49,949 bases of DNA from Candidatus Saccharimonadota bacterium (GTDB lineage: Bacteria > Patescibacteriota > Saccharimonadia > Saccharimonadales > AWTP1-31), in contig RXKC01000009.1 of the NCBI GenBank assembly GCA_003962975.1, forward strand, positions 75,578 to 125,526. Reading direction: 5' to 3'. Shown here piece after piece: positions 9,237-17,401 of the stretch; positions within the stretch are counted from its first letter, which is position 1; each line of letters starts with the position of its first letter. The position numbers and the translations under genes are program-made. Below the pieces are notes generated by a model. It was not told the origin of the DNA. It worked only from the letters and a program-made list of their open reading frames with translations, and searched no databases.

Positions 9237-10166
9237 TTACGGCTTGCGGTGGAATTTTTCGTGAACAGCTTTTAGATGTGGGTCGGTGACGTGAGTATAG
9301 ATTTGGGTGGTGGCAATATTACTGTGGCCGAGCAGGGATTGTACAGCGCGTAGGTCGGCACCATTCATGAGTAAATCGGTCGCGAAGCTGTGTCGCAGTG
9401 AGTGAGGTGAGACATGCTTAGTAATACCTGCGAGTAGGGCATAGCGACTCACAAGGCGCTGAACGCTGCGTGCAGTTAAGCGGTGGAAGTTACCACTCAG
9501 GTCCACCTTCTTTTGGCCACTGTAGCGTATGAACAAAGGTTTTACATTGTCCTGTCGTTCTTTGAGGTAGCTGTCTAACCAGTGAGCGGCAGCATCACTG
9601 ATAAAAATTGGTCGGTCTTTTTGTCCTTTACCGCGTACGGTAAACTCGCGCCTCTTCAAATTTATGTGATCACGGTCAAGGCCGACTAATTCACTAACAC
9701 GCAGGCCACTACTAAACAGTAGCTCCAAGATTGCTCGGTCACGCAGTCCGCCGATGGTCGAAATATCTGGCTGGTCGAATAAACGCTGTAACTCTTCTGG
9801 ATTCAAAAATGTCACTTCTTTACGAACGGTTTTGGCCAGCTCAATCTTATCAGGGGCAAGGGCAGTAATATCGCGCTTGGCACAATATTTAAGGAAACTG
9901 CGTAGGGCTATAAGGTGATAGTTCTGAGTACTTTTTTTAAGTTCATCACTCGTATTGGTGCCCAGCCGGTTGAGCCACAACCGCCATTTACGTATGAGTT
10001 CCTGATCGATATCCTCAACAGTAATATCGCCAGCATAGTCGATGAGGCGGGTGAGGTAATGGTCATAGTTGGCGATCGTTTTTTGAGATCTGTTTTGTTC
10101 AATCTCGAGGTGTTCTAAAAAATCAGTTTTAGCATGAGCGAATAACATAATTATATTGTACGACAC
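9237..10166 (-). CDS. tyrosine site-specific recombinase, XerC/XerD family
   Basis: C-terminal catalytic region HSLRHSFATDLLMNGADLRAVQSLLGHSNIATTQIYTHV and an N-terminal SAM-like core-binding region (FLEHLEIEQNRSQKTIANYDHYL). The start may be the second ATG (MLFAH...). Confidence 0.85.
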   Translation of the reverse strand: MSYNIIMLFAHAKTDFLEHLEIEQNRSQKTIANYDHYLTRLIDYAGDITVEDIDQELIRKWRLWLNRLGTNTSDELKKSTQNYHLIALRSFLKYCAKRDITALAPDKIELAKTVRKEVTFLNPEELQRLFDQPDISTIGGLRDRAILELLFSSGLRVSELVGLDRDHINLKRREFTVRGKGQKDRPIFISDAAAHWLDSYLKERQDNVKPLFIRYSGQKKVDLSGNFHRLTARSVQRLVSRYALLAGITKHVSPHSLRHSFATDLLMNGADLRAVQSLLGHSNIATTQIYTHVTDPHLKAVHEKFHRKP

Positions 10167-10239
10167 TGCGCGCTCGGTAGGGCTGATTTCCTCTTCTCAA
10201 TCTGTTATACTAGTGACAGCAAATCGTAAAAAGGAACAT

Positions 10240-10704
10240 ATGGAACAAACACTTATTATCCTCAAGCCAGATGCATTACAGCGCGATCTCATTGGAGAAA
10301 TTATTAGCCGCTTAGAGCGAAAAGGGTTAAACATTATCGGCGTAAAGATGATGCGCCTCGATACGGCACTGCTGGGTGACCATTACGCACACATTGTGGA
10401 CAAGCCATTTTATAAAGATGTAGAAAGTTTTATGCAGAGTGCGCCAGTGGTTATTTTGGCGCTTGAAGGCTACGAAGCCGTTGATACCGTTCGTATGCTC
10501 GTCGGGGCTACAAATCCACGACAGGCAGATGCTGGCACCATTCGTGGTGATCTAGCAATTGGTAATGGACGTAATCTTATTCACGCCTCGGATTCTGTAG
10601 AGAATGGTAAAAAAGAAGTCGGCCGTTTCTTTAACGCTGACGAACTATTCCAGTACGAAAAAGACCATTTTGGTCAGATCTACAGCCCAAGCGAACGCTC
10701 ATAA
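10240..10704 (+). CDS. ndk: nucleoside diphosphate kinase
   Basis: Starts MEQTLIILKPDALQR (AAGGAA 5 nt upstream). NDK motifs GATNP...GTIRGD...NLIHASDS. The tracked ORF start at 10156 overlaps the recombinase gene and is rejected. Confidence 0.93.
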   Translation: MEQTLIILKPDALQRDLIGEIISRLERKGLNIIGVKMMRLDTALLGDHYAHIVDKPFYKDVESFMQSAPVVILALEGYEAVDTVRMLVGATNPRQADAGTIRGDLAIGNGRNLIHASDSVENGKKEVGRFFNADELFQYEKDHFGQIYSPSERS

Positions 10705-10706
10705 TT

Positions 10707-10781
10707 TGGTATCCCCACTACGATTCGAACGTAGATCTACTCCTTAGGACGGAGGTATTCTATCCATTGAACTATAGGGAC
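10707..10781 (-). tRNA. tRNA-Arg (anticodon CCT), CCA encoded
   Basis: Manual cloverleaf: acceptor GTCCCTA/TGGGGAT, anticodon arm CCTCC-GTCCTAA-GGAGT, T arm CTACG-TTCGAAT-CGTAG. Confidence 0.85.
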
Positions 10782-10923
10782 GAACGAGCGATGCGATTTT
10801 ATGCTTGCATGAAATTATATCGCGAGCGAGGAGCTATCTGCGGTGCAGATAGGGACGAACCTCGCCCCGTTAGTATACAGCATTAACAGATGTAGATAAC
10901 AGTTTTATAACTGAGGTATAATA

Positions 10924-11517
10924 ATGCTTATGTCGGCAAAAGCTACAAAACAAAAATCATCAAAAGACACACCAGAAAAATACTTTGATGACCAGTTCGA
11001 CGACGAAGAAGTACTGTTTGTCTTTCGTAAGCACCCAATTGTAATGCGTAAGGGACTTATCTTGGCATGCCTGGGTCCACTTATCGGAGTGTTGCCAGCA
11101 GCCATCCAGCCTACGCTAGGGTTCGGGTTCTTTTTTGGAGGCCTTGCCGCAGGTTTTGTGCTTGGGTTTTTATTCATTCTGCCATCGTGGATTGCTTGGT
11201 ACTACAGCGTGTTCATCGTGACAGACCAACGCTTTATTCAGATTACTCAAAAAGGCTTATTCACCAGAAGTGTCGTTGACCTTGGTCTATCTAAGATTCA
11301 GTCGACCAACTACGAAGTACGCGGTGTGCAGGCGACCTTACTTGGTTTTGGTACAATAGTTATACAAACGTATATGGGTGACATGGTTATTCACGAAGTA
11401 CACCATCCTGCAAAGGTAATCCGTAAGTTAGCAACCATATTACGCGACCAAGGCATTATCGCTGAAGATATAGAAACAGGGCAATTGGAACCAGAAACAG
11501 GGGCAGAAGAAGAATGA
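10924..11517 (+). CDS. membrane protein with bacterial PH (YdbS/YdbT-like) domain
   Basis: Two TM helices followed by WYYSVFIVTDQRFIQITQKGLFTRSVVDL...GTIVIQT, the pattern typical of bPH_2 domains. Confidence 0.55.
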   Translation: MLMSAKATKQKSSKDTPEKYFDDQFDDEEVLFVFRKHPIVMRKGLILACLGPLIGVLPAAIQPTLGFGFFFGGLAAGFVLGFLFILPSWIAWYYSVFIVTDQRFIQITQKGLFTRSVVDLGLSKIQSTNYEVRGVQATLLGFGTIVIQTYMGDMVIHEVHHPAKVIRKLATILRDQGIIAEDIETGQLEPETGAEEE

Positions 11518-12569
11518 AAAAGTATGTAGCAAAACTAAAAAGGCGAGGCAAAAAGAATGCGGCCACTATCGATGAGCACGTAGCGCAAGCGGTACGCATT
11601 ACTAATGAAACTGTCGCCGAACACCGTGAAGAGGTGTTGTCGAGTGCTCGTAAATATATTTACCCGCTCCAGCAGTCCAAACACAAAGTTGTGTTGGTAA
11701 CGACCACCTTATTTATTGCAGCAGTTGTGGGCTTCTTTGCATATGCGACTATCTCGTTGTACAGACTCAAGTCACACTCGGCATTTCTATACGGAGTAAC
11801 TCGCGTGTTGCCGTTTCCAGTGGCACGGGCGGGTGGTCAGTTTGTTGCATACGAAAATTATCTGTTTGAGCTCAAGCACTACATCCACTATTACCAGAAT
11901 CAGCAAAAATTAGACTTCAATTCTGACTCTGGTCGCCAGCAATTAGCTGAGTTTAAAAAACGGGCCTTAGATAAAGTTGTCAATGATGCATACATCAAGC
12001 AGCTAGCTAAAGAGAAGGGCGTCACAGTAACAGATAAAGAAGTGAATGCCGAGATCCAGATTGTTCGTGCCCAGAATCGTCTCGGTGGTAGTGACAAAGT
12101 GTTCGAGGACGTTCTCAAAGAATACTGGGGTTGGTCAGTCGATGATTTTAGGCGCAGTCTACGACAAGAATTACTGACACAGAAGCTGCTACCCGTTGTA
12201 GATCCTGGCGTGGTGGCGCGAGCAAATACAGCTAAACAAGAGCTGGATAGTGGTGCAAATTTTGCTGAGGTAGCCAAGAAGTATTCAGACGATCTATCTA
12301 CAAAAGAGAATGGCGGTGAATACGGCTATCCAATTAACAAGACAAACAGGGATCTCTCTGCACAAACTACCGATGCATTATTCAAGCTACAGCCTGGCCA
12401 GGTATCTGCTGTTGTGAATGCTGGGTACAACCTAGAGATTATTAAGAACATTGAGCAGCAGGGTGATCGCATTCGTGCGGCGCATATATCCTTTAACTTT
12501 AAGGATATTGCTACTTACCTGAATGACATCAAAGAGCAGAACAAAGCTCGACTCTATATCAAGCCATAA
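11514..12569 (+). CDS. membrane-anchored peptidyl-prolyl isomerase (parvulin/PrsA-SurA-like)
   Basis: N-terminal TM anchor, SurA-N-like region, and a parvulin-type core FAEVAKKYSDDLSTKENGGEYGYP...GQVSAVV. 4-nt overlap with the upstream gene. Confidence 0.75.
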   Translation: MKKYVAKLKRRGKKNAATIDEHVAQAVRITNETVAEHREEVLSSARKYIYPLQQSKHKVVLVTTTLFIAAVVGFFAYATISLYRLKSHSAFLYGVTRVLPFPVARAGGQFVAYENYLFELKHYIHYYQNQQKLDFNSDSGRQQLAEFKKRALDKVVNDAYIKQLAKEKGVTVTDKEVNAEIQIVRAQNRLGGSDKVFEDVLKEYWGWSVDDFRRSLRQELLTQKLLPVVDPGVVARANTAKQELDSGANFAEVAKKYSDDLSTKENGGEYGYPINKTNRDLSAQTTDALFKLQPGQVSAVVNAGYNLEIIKNIEQQGDRIRAAHISFNFKDIATYLNDIKEQNKARLYIKP

Positions 12570-12580
12570 AAAACAGCGCG

Positions 12581-13033
12581 CTAGCTACTTCTGGATGTTA
12601 GTCGGGCGATTTTACCAATGAAACGTTCTGTGCGTGTGGGCGGACGCTGTGGTGAGCCGGCTTCGAGGGCTGCAACTAAACGATCAAATGCCGTCTGATC
12701 TGCTGCCACAGCTTCTGCTGCATAACGGTTGTCGCCAGATGCCAATGCAAAAGCGCCAGTTTCACCTGTCTCGGCAGTTCGCGTTAACATTACAGTGTCG
12801 TGTACGCGGTCCTTGGTATGGTGAACGACATTTATGGTTCCGTCATTGATCTCTGTGGACCCCCAGACTGGACGAACAGTTATTTGTTCGTGTGGGCTAT
12901 CGCTCGGATACAGAGTAAGTATCTGGCGGTTGCCGTCTTCTACCAATGCATCTGCATGGGTAGCCCAGGCAGTATCAATAGCAGCAGCTAATGTTGCGGG
13001 AGTGGCTTCTTGTGAGGTGGCTTGATTTGTCAT
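12581..13033 (-). CDS. hypothetical protein (150 aa)
   Basis: Uninterrupted ORF, Ala/Thr-rich, no motif recognised. Confidence 0.45.
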   Translation of the reverse strand: MTNQATSQEATPATLAAAIDTAWATHADALVEDGNRQILTLYPSDSPHEQITVRPVWGSTEINDGTINVVHHTKDRVHDTVMLTRTAETGETGAFALASGDNRYAAEAVAADQTAFDRLVAALEAGSPQRPPTRTERFIGKIARLTSRSS

Positions 13034-13115
13034 TATTTGTGTTAACTTTACTTAAGAATACTAACATAAAAATACCAAAAAGTCAATCTGCAGACATAAC
13101 CTTGCTATTAGGAAT

Positions 13116-13586
13116 TTATATTAAGGAAATATGAACATTGGGATCAACATAGGAAACTTCGACTAGACGGCCATTGATGCGTTCTGAGATCCAGTTGCCA
13201 ACATCACTACGATGTGGGCCTTCCTCGTCAAGCATTGGAAATACTTTGCTCACTGCAAGGCCAAGAAAGTTACCTTGACCTGCGCGGTACCCAAGATATA
13301 CATCAAGATGCGTGGCATTGACGTAGACCTCGTGATTACTTGGTACACCGAGCGTAATGATACTGCTAGGCTCTAGAACGGCCATTCGTTTCTGGGCCTC
13401 GTACCTAAAATGAGCATTCTCCATACCTATGATAAGTACGAGCTCATCGTCAGGAGGAGTAAAGTTGGCTAGTTCGTCTGTATTGTATATAAAGCGCGCC
13501 GTTCCACGAACCGTGTCACTTCCGTAGACAGTATGTGTAGCACCTTCTGAAAGTCCAAGTACAGGCTCACCTTCGATATAAAGCAT
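13116..13586 (-). CDS. hypothetical protein (156 aa)
   Basis: Uninterrupted ORF with AAGGTGA about 13 nt upstream of the ATG. No motif recognised. Confidence 0.5.
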   Translation of the reverse strand: MLYIEGEPVLGLSEGATHTVYGSDTVRGTARFIYNTDELANFTPPDDELVLIIGMENAHFRYEAQKRMAVLEPSSIITLGVPSNHEVYVNATHLDVYLGYRAGQGNFLGLAVSKVFPMLDEEGPHRSDVGNWISERINGRLVEVSYVDPNVHISLI

Positions 13587-13766
13587 AAAACAAAAAATAT
13601 CACCTTTTATGTATTTTGAATATTACTTATGTTTAGCTACTTCAACCGGATAACCTCACGTTAATCTGCGCGCCGAGATAAATCTCGGGCATCAGACTAA
13701 CGACCGAACCGGCGATCTGGCTCACTTCGTTCGCTTGATCACCGGCACTAATCGCAGATCAGCAAA

Positions 13767-13792
13767 CTAAAAAAGCCACCTTTCAGGTGACT
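13767..13792 (-). terminator. intrinsic terminator downstream of tRNA-Asp
   Basis: Minus-strand hairpin GUCACCU-GAA-AGGUGGC followed by UUUUUU. The single imperfect pair is G-U on the minus strand and A-C on the plus strand. Confidence 0.65.
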
Positions 13793-13801
13793 TCCTTAGT
13801 T

Positions 13802-13879
13802 TGGCGGGCCCGACCGGATTCGAACCGGCGATCTCCTCCGTGACAGGGAGGCGTGTTAGGCCAGCTACACCACGGGCCC
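13802..13879 (-). tRNA. tRNA-Asp (anticodon GTC), CCA encoded
   Basis: Acceptor GGGCCCG/CGGGCCC, anticodon arm CCTCC-CTGTCAC-GGAGG, T arm GCCGG-TTCGAAT-CCGGT. Confidence 0.9.
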
Positions 13880-13945
13880 GCATCATTACGTTTTAAAGTA
13901 ACGGAGGTTAGTCTACCAATTTAAGGGGTAAAAAGCAACATACTT

Positions 13946-13954
13946 TGCTATAAT
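13946..13954 (+). promoter_or_regulatory. extended -10 promoter element (TGCTATAAT) for the tRNA-Thr/tRNA-Gly unit
   Basis: TGcTATAAT lies 12 nt upstream of the tRNA-Thr 5' end. The same TGnTATAAT-type element recurs at 17402, 24142 and (minus strand) 26060-26068. Confidence 0.5.
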
Positions 13955-13965
13955 TTATGCCCAGT

Positions 13966-14041
13966 GCCACCTTAGCTCAGTTGGTAGAGCGACACATTCG
14001 TAACGTGTAGGTCAGCAGTTCGATCCTGCTAGGTGGCTCCA
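13966..14041 (+). tRNA. tRNA-Thr (anticodon CGT), CCA encoded
   Basis: GCCACCT...AGGTGGC acceptor, D arm AGCTCAGTTGGTAGAGC, anticodon loop TTCGTAA, T loop GTTCGATCC. Confidence 0.9.
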
Positions 14042-14095
14042 TGTCGCTCCACAAAATGCAGCTACATCTAGCATTTTGCAGGGGACTCGACTGTT

Positions 14096-14170
14096 GCGGG
14101 TATCGTATAACGGCTATTATGTAGCCTTCCCAAGGCTGAGACGAGGGTTCGACTCCCTCTACCCGCACCA
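14096..14170 (+). tRNA. tRNA-Gly (anticodon CCC), CCA encoded
   Basis: Acceptor GCGGGTA/TACCCGC, anticodon arm TAGCC-TTCCCAA-GGCTG, T arm GAGGG-TTCGACT-CCCTC. Confidence 0.9.
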
Positions 14171-14223
14171 CGGACGTCATTGGAACTAGCTGCTCGTCAC
14201 TAAAGCGTGTAAAATTAATACAA

Positions 14224-14580
14224 ATGTCCATTCCTAAAAATTATTTTCATGACCGCGTCGTGCTTTTACTGTTGAGCATCAATACATTTCTTACGGTTAT
14301 GGGTAGTGTCCTGATTTTTTGGCAAATGAGCGGCGGGCGAGGCAATACCTATCTGGTGACTTTCCGAGATCTCGGGGGGATCCCTATTTATCGGTACGGG
14401 CAGGCCAGTGAATTCCTGGGTTTTGTGCTGTTTTTATTCTTTGTACTTGGTATGCACACAGCACTAAGTATGAAAATCTTTAGTCACCACCGCAGCTACG
14501 CGCTAACCATTCTTGGGCTAGGTACATTACTGAGCGTCCTTACTACTATTGTCGGCACTTCACTCTTGTTTCAAAGGTAA
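14224..14580 (+). CDS. small polytopic membrane protein (118 aa), unknown function
   Basis: Three to four hydrophobic helices. Its stop lies 2 nt before the glycosyltransferase start, so the two are probably co-transcribed. Confidence 0.55.
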   Translation: MSIPKNYFHDRVVLLLLSINTFLTVMGSVLIFWQMSGGRGNTYLVTFRDLGGIPIYRYGQASEFLGFVLFLFFVLGMHTALSMKIFSHHRSYALTILGLGTLLSVLTTIVGTSLLFQR

Positions 14581-14582
14581 CT

Positions 14583-16184
14583 ATGAACGTACGTGATATA
14601 GAAATACCGTACGAAAAAGACCGAGGCCGCCGGTACCGGTTCTTTGAAATTCTACCTGGTGCGGTGACATGGAGTATCTTTATCTTGCCGTTCATTCTGA
14701 GCTTTATCGTGCCGCAAGTGGTGGTCTTCATCACTATCTTGTACATTCTGCTGTGGTTCGTGAAGTCTATGGGGCTATTAACGCGTAACTTCCAGGGGCT
14801 CAGCAAGATGGAAGAGTTCAAAAAGCTTGATTGGCAAGCTATGCTGGGCGACCTGCAAGCAGGCGAGATTACGGGCAGTCACCAGGTACCAGCATGGCAC
14901 AAAGAGAACCTCAGCCGGGTTAACAAGGACATTAAACCCGATGATGTTATTCATGCCGTCTTTATCGCAGCCTATAACGAGACCATAGAGGTGATTGAGC
15001 CGACAGTCCAATCTGTAATTGACTCAGAATATGATATGAAGAAGGTCATCTTGGTGCTGGCGTATGAAGAACGCGACGGTGCTCAGGCAGAGGGTCCAAT
15101 GCTAGAATTGGCTCGAAAATATGGTGACAAGTTCGCGCACGTTATTACTTCAAAGCATCCGTTTAACCCTAAAGAGGTGCGAGGCAAGGGCGGTAATATC
15201 ACCTATGCAGCGCGCATCTTGCAGAAATACCTCGAGAAAGAAAACATAGATCCGATGCACGTGGTTGTGACTACGCTTGATTCAGACAATCACCCTGACA
15301 AGAAGTATCTGGCAGCCCTCAGCTATATCTATGTGGTTTGTCCAGATCCTCTCTATGCGTCATTCCAGCCTGTGGTACTTTACACGAACAATATCTGGGA
15401 TGTGCCAGCACCAATGCGCGTCATAGCGACGGGTAACTCATTCTGGAACACCACCGTATCAATGCGACCGCATATGATTCGTAATTTTTCCTCCCATGCC
15501 CAAGGAATGGCTGCACTTATCAAGACTGACTTCTGGAGTGTGCGAACTATTGTGGAGGACGGCCACCAGTTCTGGCGCACCTACTTCCGTTTCGACGGCA
15601 AGCATGAGGCCTATCCACTGTATATTCCTATCTACCAAGATGCAGTTTTCTCATCTTCTTATATAAAGACACTCAAGATGCAGTTTATTCAGATCCGTCG
15701 CTGGGCATGGGGTGCTTCCGACATCGCCTACCTGGTAGAAAAGGGTTTCTTTACCCCAAACAAAGTGCCAAAAGGTGACCTGATCATGAAGCTTGGCCGC
15801 CTGTTCGAAGGTCATATTAGCTGGGCCACAGCGCCCCTTATTTTGGCCTTCGGTGGTTTTATACCGCAGCTTATCAATCCGCTCGACTACTCGTCTAATC
15901 AGTTACCGGTACTAGCAGGGCGCATTCAAACCATCGCCATGGTTGGTATTCTGGCAACGTTGTACCTCAGTCTTAAAACCCTTCCGCCCAAACCGGCCCG
16001 TTACAAGCGGCATCGCACTATCTTTATGGTTTTACAATGGGTACTGCTGCCAGTGACGACTATTCTGTATAACGCCTGTGCAGCTATTAATGCGCAGACG
16101 CGTCTCATGTTCAGGCGGTATCTTGATAAATTCGACGTAACCGACAAAGCCATCATTACCAACGAGAACAAAAAGGTTATCTAA
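14583..16184 (+). CDS. membrane-integrated family 2 glycosyltransferase, processive beta-glycan synthase-like
   Basis: 533 aa. N- and C-terminal TM helices. Ordered motifs AAYNE, TLDSDN (DxD), IVEDGH (TED-like) and QIRRWAWG (QxxRW). Confidence 0.8.
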   Translation: MNVRDIEIPYEKDRGRRYRFFEILPGAVTWSIFILPFILSFIVPQVVVFITILYILLWFVKSMGLLTRNFQGLSKMEEFKKLDWQAMLGDLQAGEITGSHQVPAWHKENLSRVNKDIKPDDVIHAVFIAAYNETIEVIEPTVQSVIDSEYDMKKVILVLAYEERDGAQAEGPMLELARKYGDKFAHVITSKHPFNPKEVRGKGGNITYAARILQKYLEKENIDPMHVVVTTLDSDNHPDKKYLAALSYIYVVCPDPLYASFQPVVLYTNNIWDVPAPMRVIATGNSFWNTTVSMRPHMIRNFSSHAQGMAALIKTDFWSVRTIVEDGHQFWRTYFRFDGKHEAYPLYIPIYQDAVFSSSYIKTLKMQFIQIRRWAWGASDIAYLVEKGFFTPNKVPKGDLIMKLGRLFEGHISWATAPLILAFGGFIPQLINPLDYSSNQLPVLAGRIQTIAMVGILATLYLSLKTLPPKPARYKRHRTIFMVLQWVLLPVTTILYNACAAINAQTRLMFRRYLDKFDVTDKAIITNENKKVI

Positions 16185-16609
16185 GGCTTAATCTGCGAAA
16201 GGTCAGCCAGCAAGGGGTGATAGGCCCTGTAGTGAGTCGCTGACGGCAGGTCAAAATGCTCAAGGACAAAGTAGGTAGTTTTTGTGATCTCATCAAGCGT
16301 TAATGAAGCATCGTTAATTTTGGTATAAAGCTTGCTCAAAATTGTCTCTGTTAGGGCCGTAGCGTCCTCTAGGGCTGTTTTTCTGTGCCTACATGAGGTG
16401 TAAACGCTTATGAACAATCTATCGCGTGAGAAGGGCTCATGACGCTTTCCGTCGATCACCATAATGGCTCCAGTTGGTTCAATACGTTCAATAGTTGTAA
16501 CGGTAGCTTCACAGTCCAGACATCGTCGTCGTCGCCAGACAGTATTGTTGCGACGCTGTAAGCGTGAGTTCGAGACTCCGGTTTTAGACCCACAGTATAA
16601 ACAAACCAT
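16181..16609 (-). CDS. nrdR: transcriptional repressor NrdR
   Basis: 142 aa. N-terminal zinc ribbon CLYCGS...RRRRCLDCEATVTTIERIE followed by an ATP-cone-length region. Confidence 0.85.
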   Translation of the reverse strand: MVCLYCGSKTGVSNSRLQRRNNTVWRRRRCLDCEATVTTIERIEPTGAIMVIDGKRHEPFSRDRLFISVYTSCRHRKTALEDATALTETILSKLYTKINDASLTLDEITKTTYFVLEHFDLPSATHYRAYHPLLADLSQIKP

Positions 16610-16656
16610 GACTACATATTGTCATAACGCTGGATAAAATGCTAGTGGATAAGTAC

Positions 16657-16682
16657 TAAAAAAGCCGGGGATAACCGGCTTT
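16657..16682 (-). terminator. intrinsic terminator about 45 nt upstream of the nrdR start codon
   Basis: Minus-strand hairpin AGCCGG-UUAUCC-CCGGCU followed by UUUUUU. Confidence 0.6.
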
Positions 16683-16965
16683 AGAACTGTAACTTTGGGG
16701 TATTCGAGCAAAGATTCTCGGAGGTAGAGAAGGGAGTTTAGCAAGTCGTAGGTGGGCTTATGCAGCGCTTGAACGGATGCGTCGGATTCGACTAATTTGT
16801 GCTGATGACGTTAGCTCTTCATAGAAAAGCTGAAAGTCCTCAAGCGAACTCTGTTTATTGGTACTCAAACCAAAAACACCTCAATTAACACGCTTATGTT
16901 AACACAATAATACAACAAAGTCAATGTACGTAACAGATTGCACAACATGGAGGAAGGAGCAATTC

Positions 16966-16994
16966 AATAAAAAAAGACTTCCATGAAGTCTTTA
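16966..16994 (-). terminator. intrinsic terminator downstream of tRNA-Val
   Basis: Minus-strand hairpin AAAGACUUC-AUG-GAAGUCUUU followed by a U-run. Confidence 0.7.
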
Positions 16995-17001
16995 GTCTTA
17001 C

Positions 17002-17078
17002 TGGTGGGCGATATAGGATTCGAACCTATCACCTCCACAACGTCAATGTGGCGCTCTAGCCAAATGAGCTAATCGCCC
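17002..17078 (-). tRNA. tRNA-Val (anticodon GAC), CCA encoded
   Basis: Acceptor GGGCGAT/ATCGCCC, anticodon arm CCACA-TTGACGT-TGTGG, T loop GGTTCGAATCC. Confidence 0.9.
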
Positions 17079-17320
17079 CAGTTAGTGCAGAAGCTACTGT
17101 AGCATAAACAGAGGCGGCAGACAATGTGAATGATTGTTCAGGACTACGAACAACACTAATATGAATATGTCAGGAAAGATATAAAATAGTGAATTGTTTT
17201 CCCCAGACAAAAGTGTAGAAAAGACAATACTTTCGGGCTAGCCATATAGTACTAACCTTGTTATGATTGTTCGGGTAGAGTTTTGAGAATGGTTTTTTTG
17301 AAAGCCATAGGAGCCGATCG

Positions 17321-17361
17321 CTCCACAATGAAACGGTTGAATGCAATGCGAGAACATTCAA
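17321..17361 (+). terminator. terminator-type hairpin with loop cAATGCGAGAA
   Basis: Perfect 13-bp stem aaacggttgaatg/cattcaaccgttt, 11-nt loop, then a T-run. Confidence 0.6.
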
Positions 17362-17401
17362 CCGTTTTTTATTTGACTGCTTAAGAGGAGCACCAGGGGT
17401 G

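Noticed and set aside
9237-10166. Tyrosine recombinase as a marker of an integrated mobile element next to tRNA-Arg
   Set aside because: The sequence and two-domain layout look like housekeeping XerC/XerD. No phage or ICE cargo was seen, and the flanking genes are ndk and the pilus locus. Only a 12-nt repeat was found, not a credible att pair.
10770-10865. 12-nt direct repeat atagggacgaac (tRNA-Arg 5' end plus flank at 10774-10785, and again at ~10851-10862) and the palindrome ctatctgc-ggt-gcagatag
   Set aside because: Too short to distinguish from chance. It covers the 5' end rather than the 3' end of the tRNA and encloses only ~70 nt, which contain the likely tRNA promoter (TATAAT on the minus strand). 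Noted but not called as an att site.
13977-14231. 84-aa minus-strand ORF
   Set aside because: It is entirely overlapped by tRNA-Thr and tRNA-Gly, so it is an artefact of tRNA sequence.
17170-17361. 63-aa minus-strand ORF in the tRNA-Val/thrS intergenic region
   Set aside because: No RBS. The start codon lies inside the 13-bp terminator hairpin. The composition is odd (W/L/F/K-rich). The region is better explained as non-coding RNA or leader.
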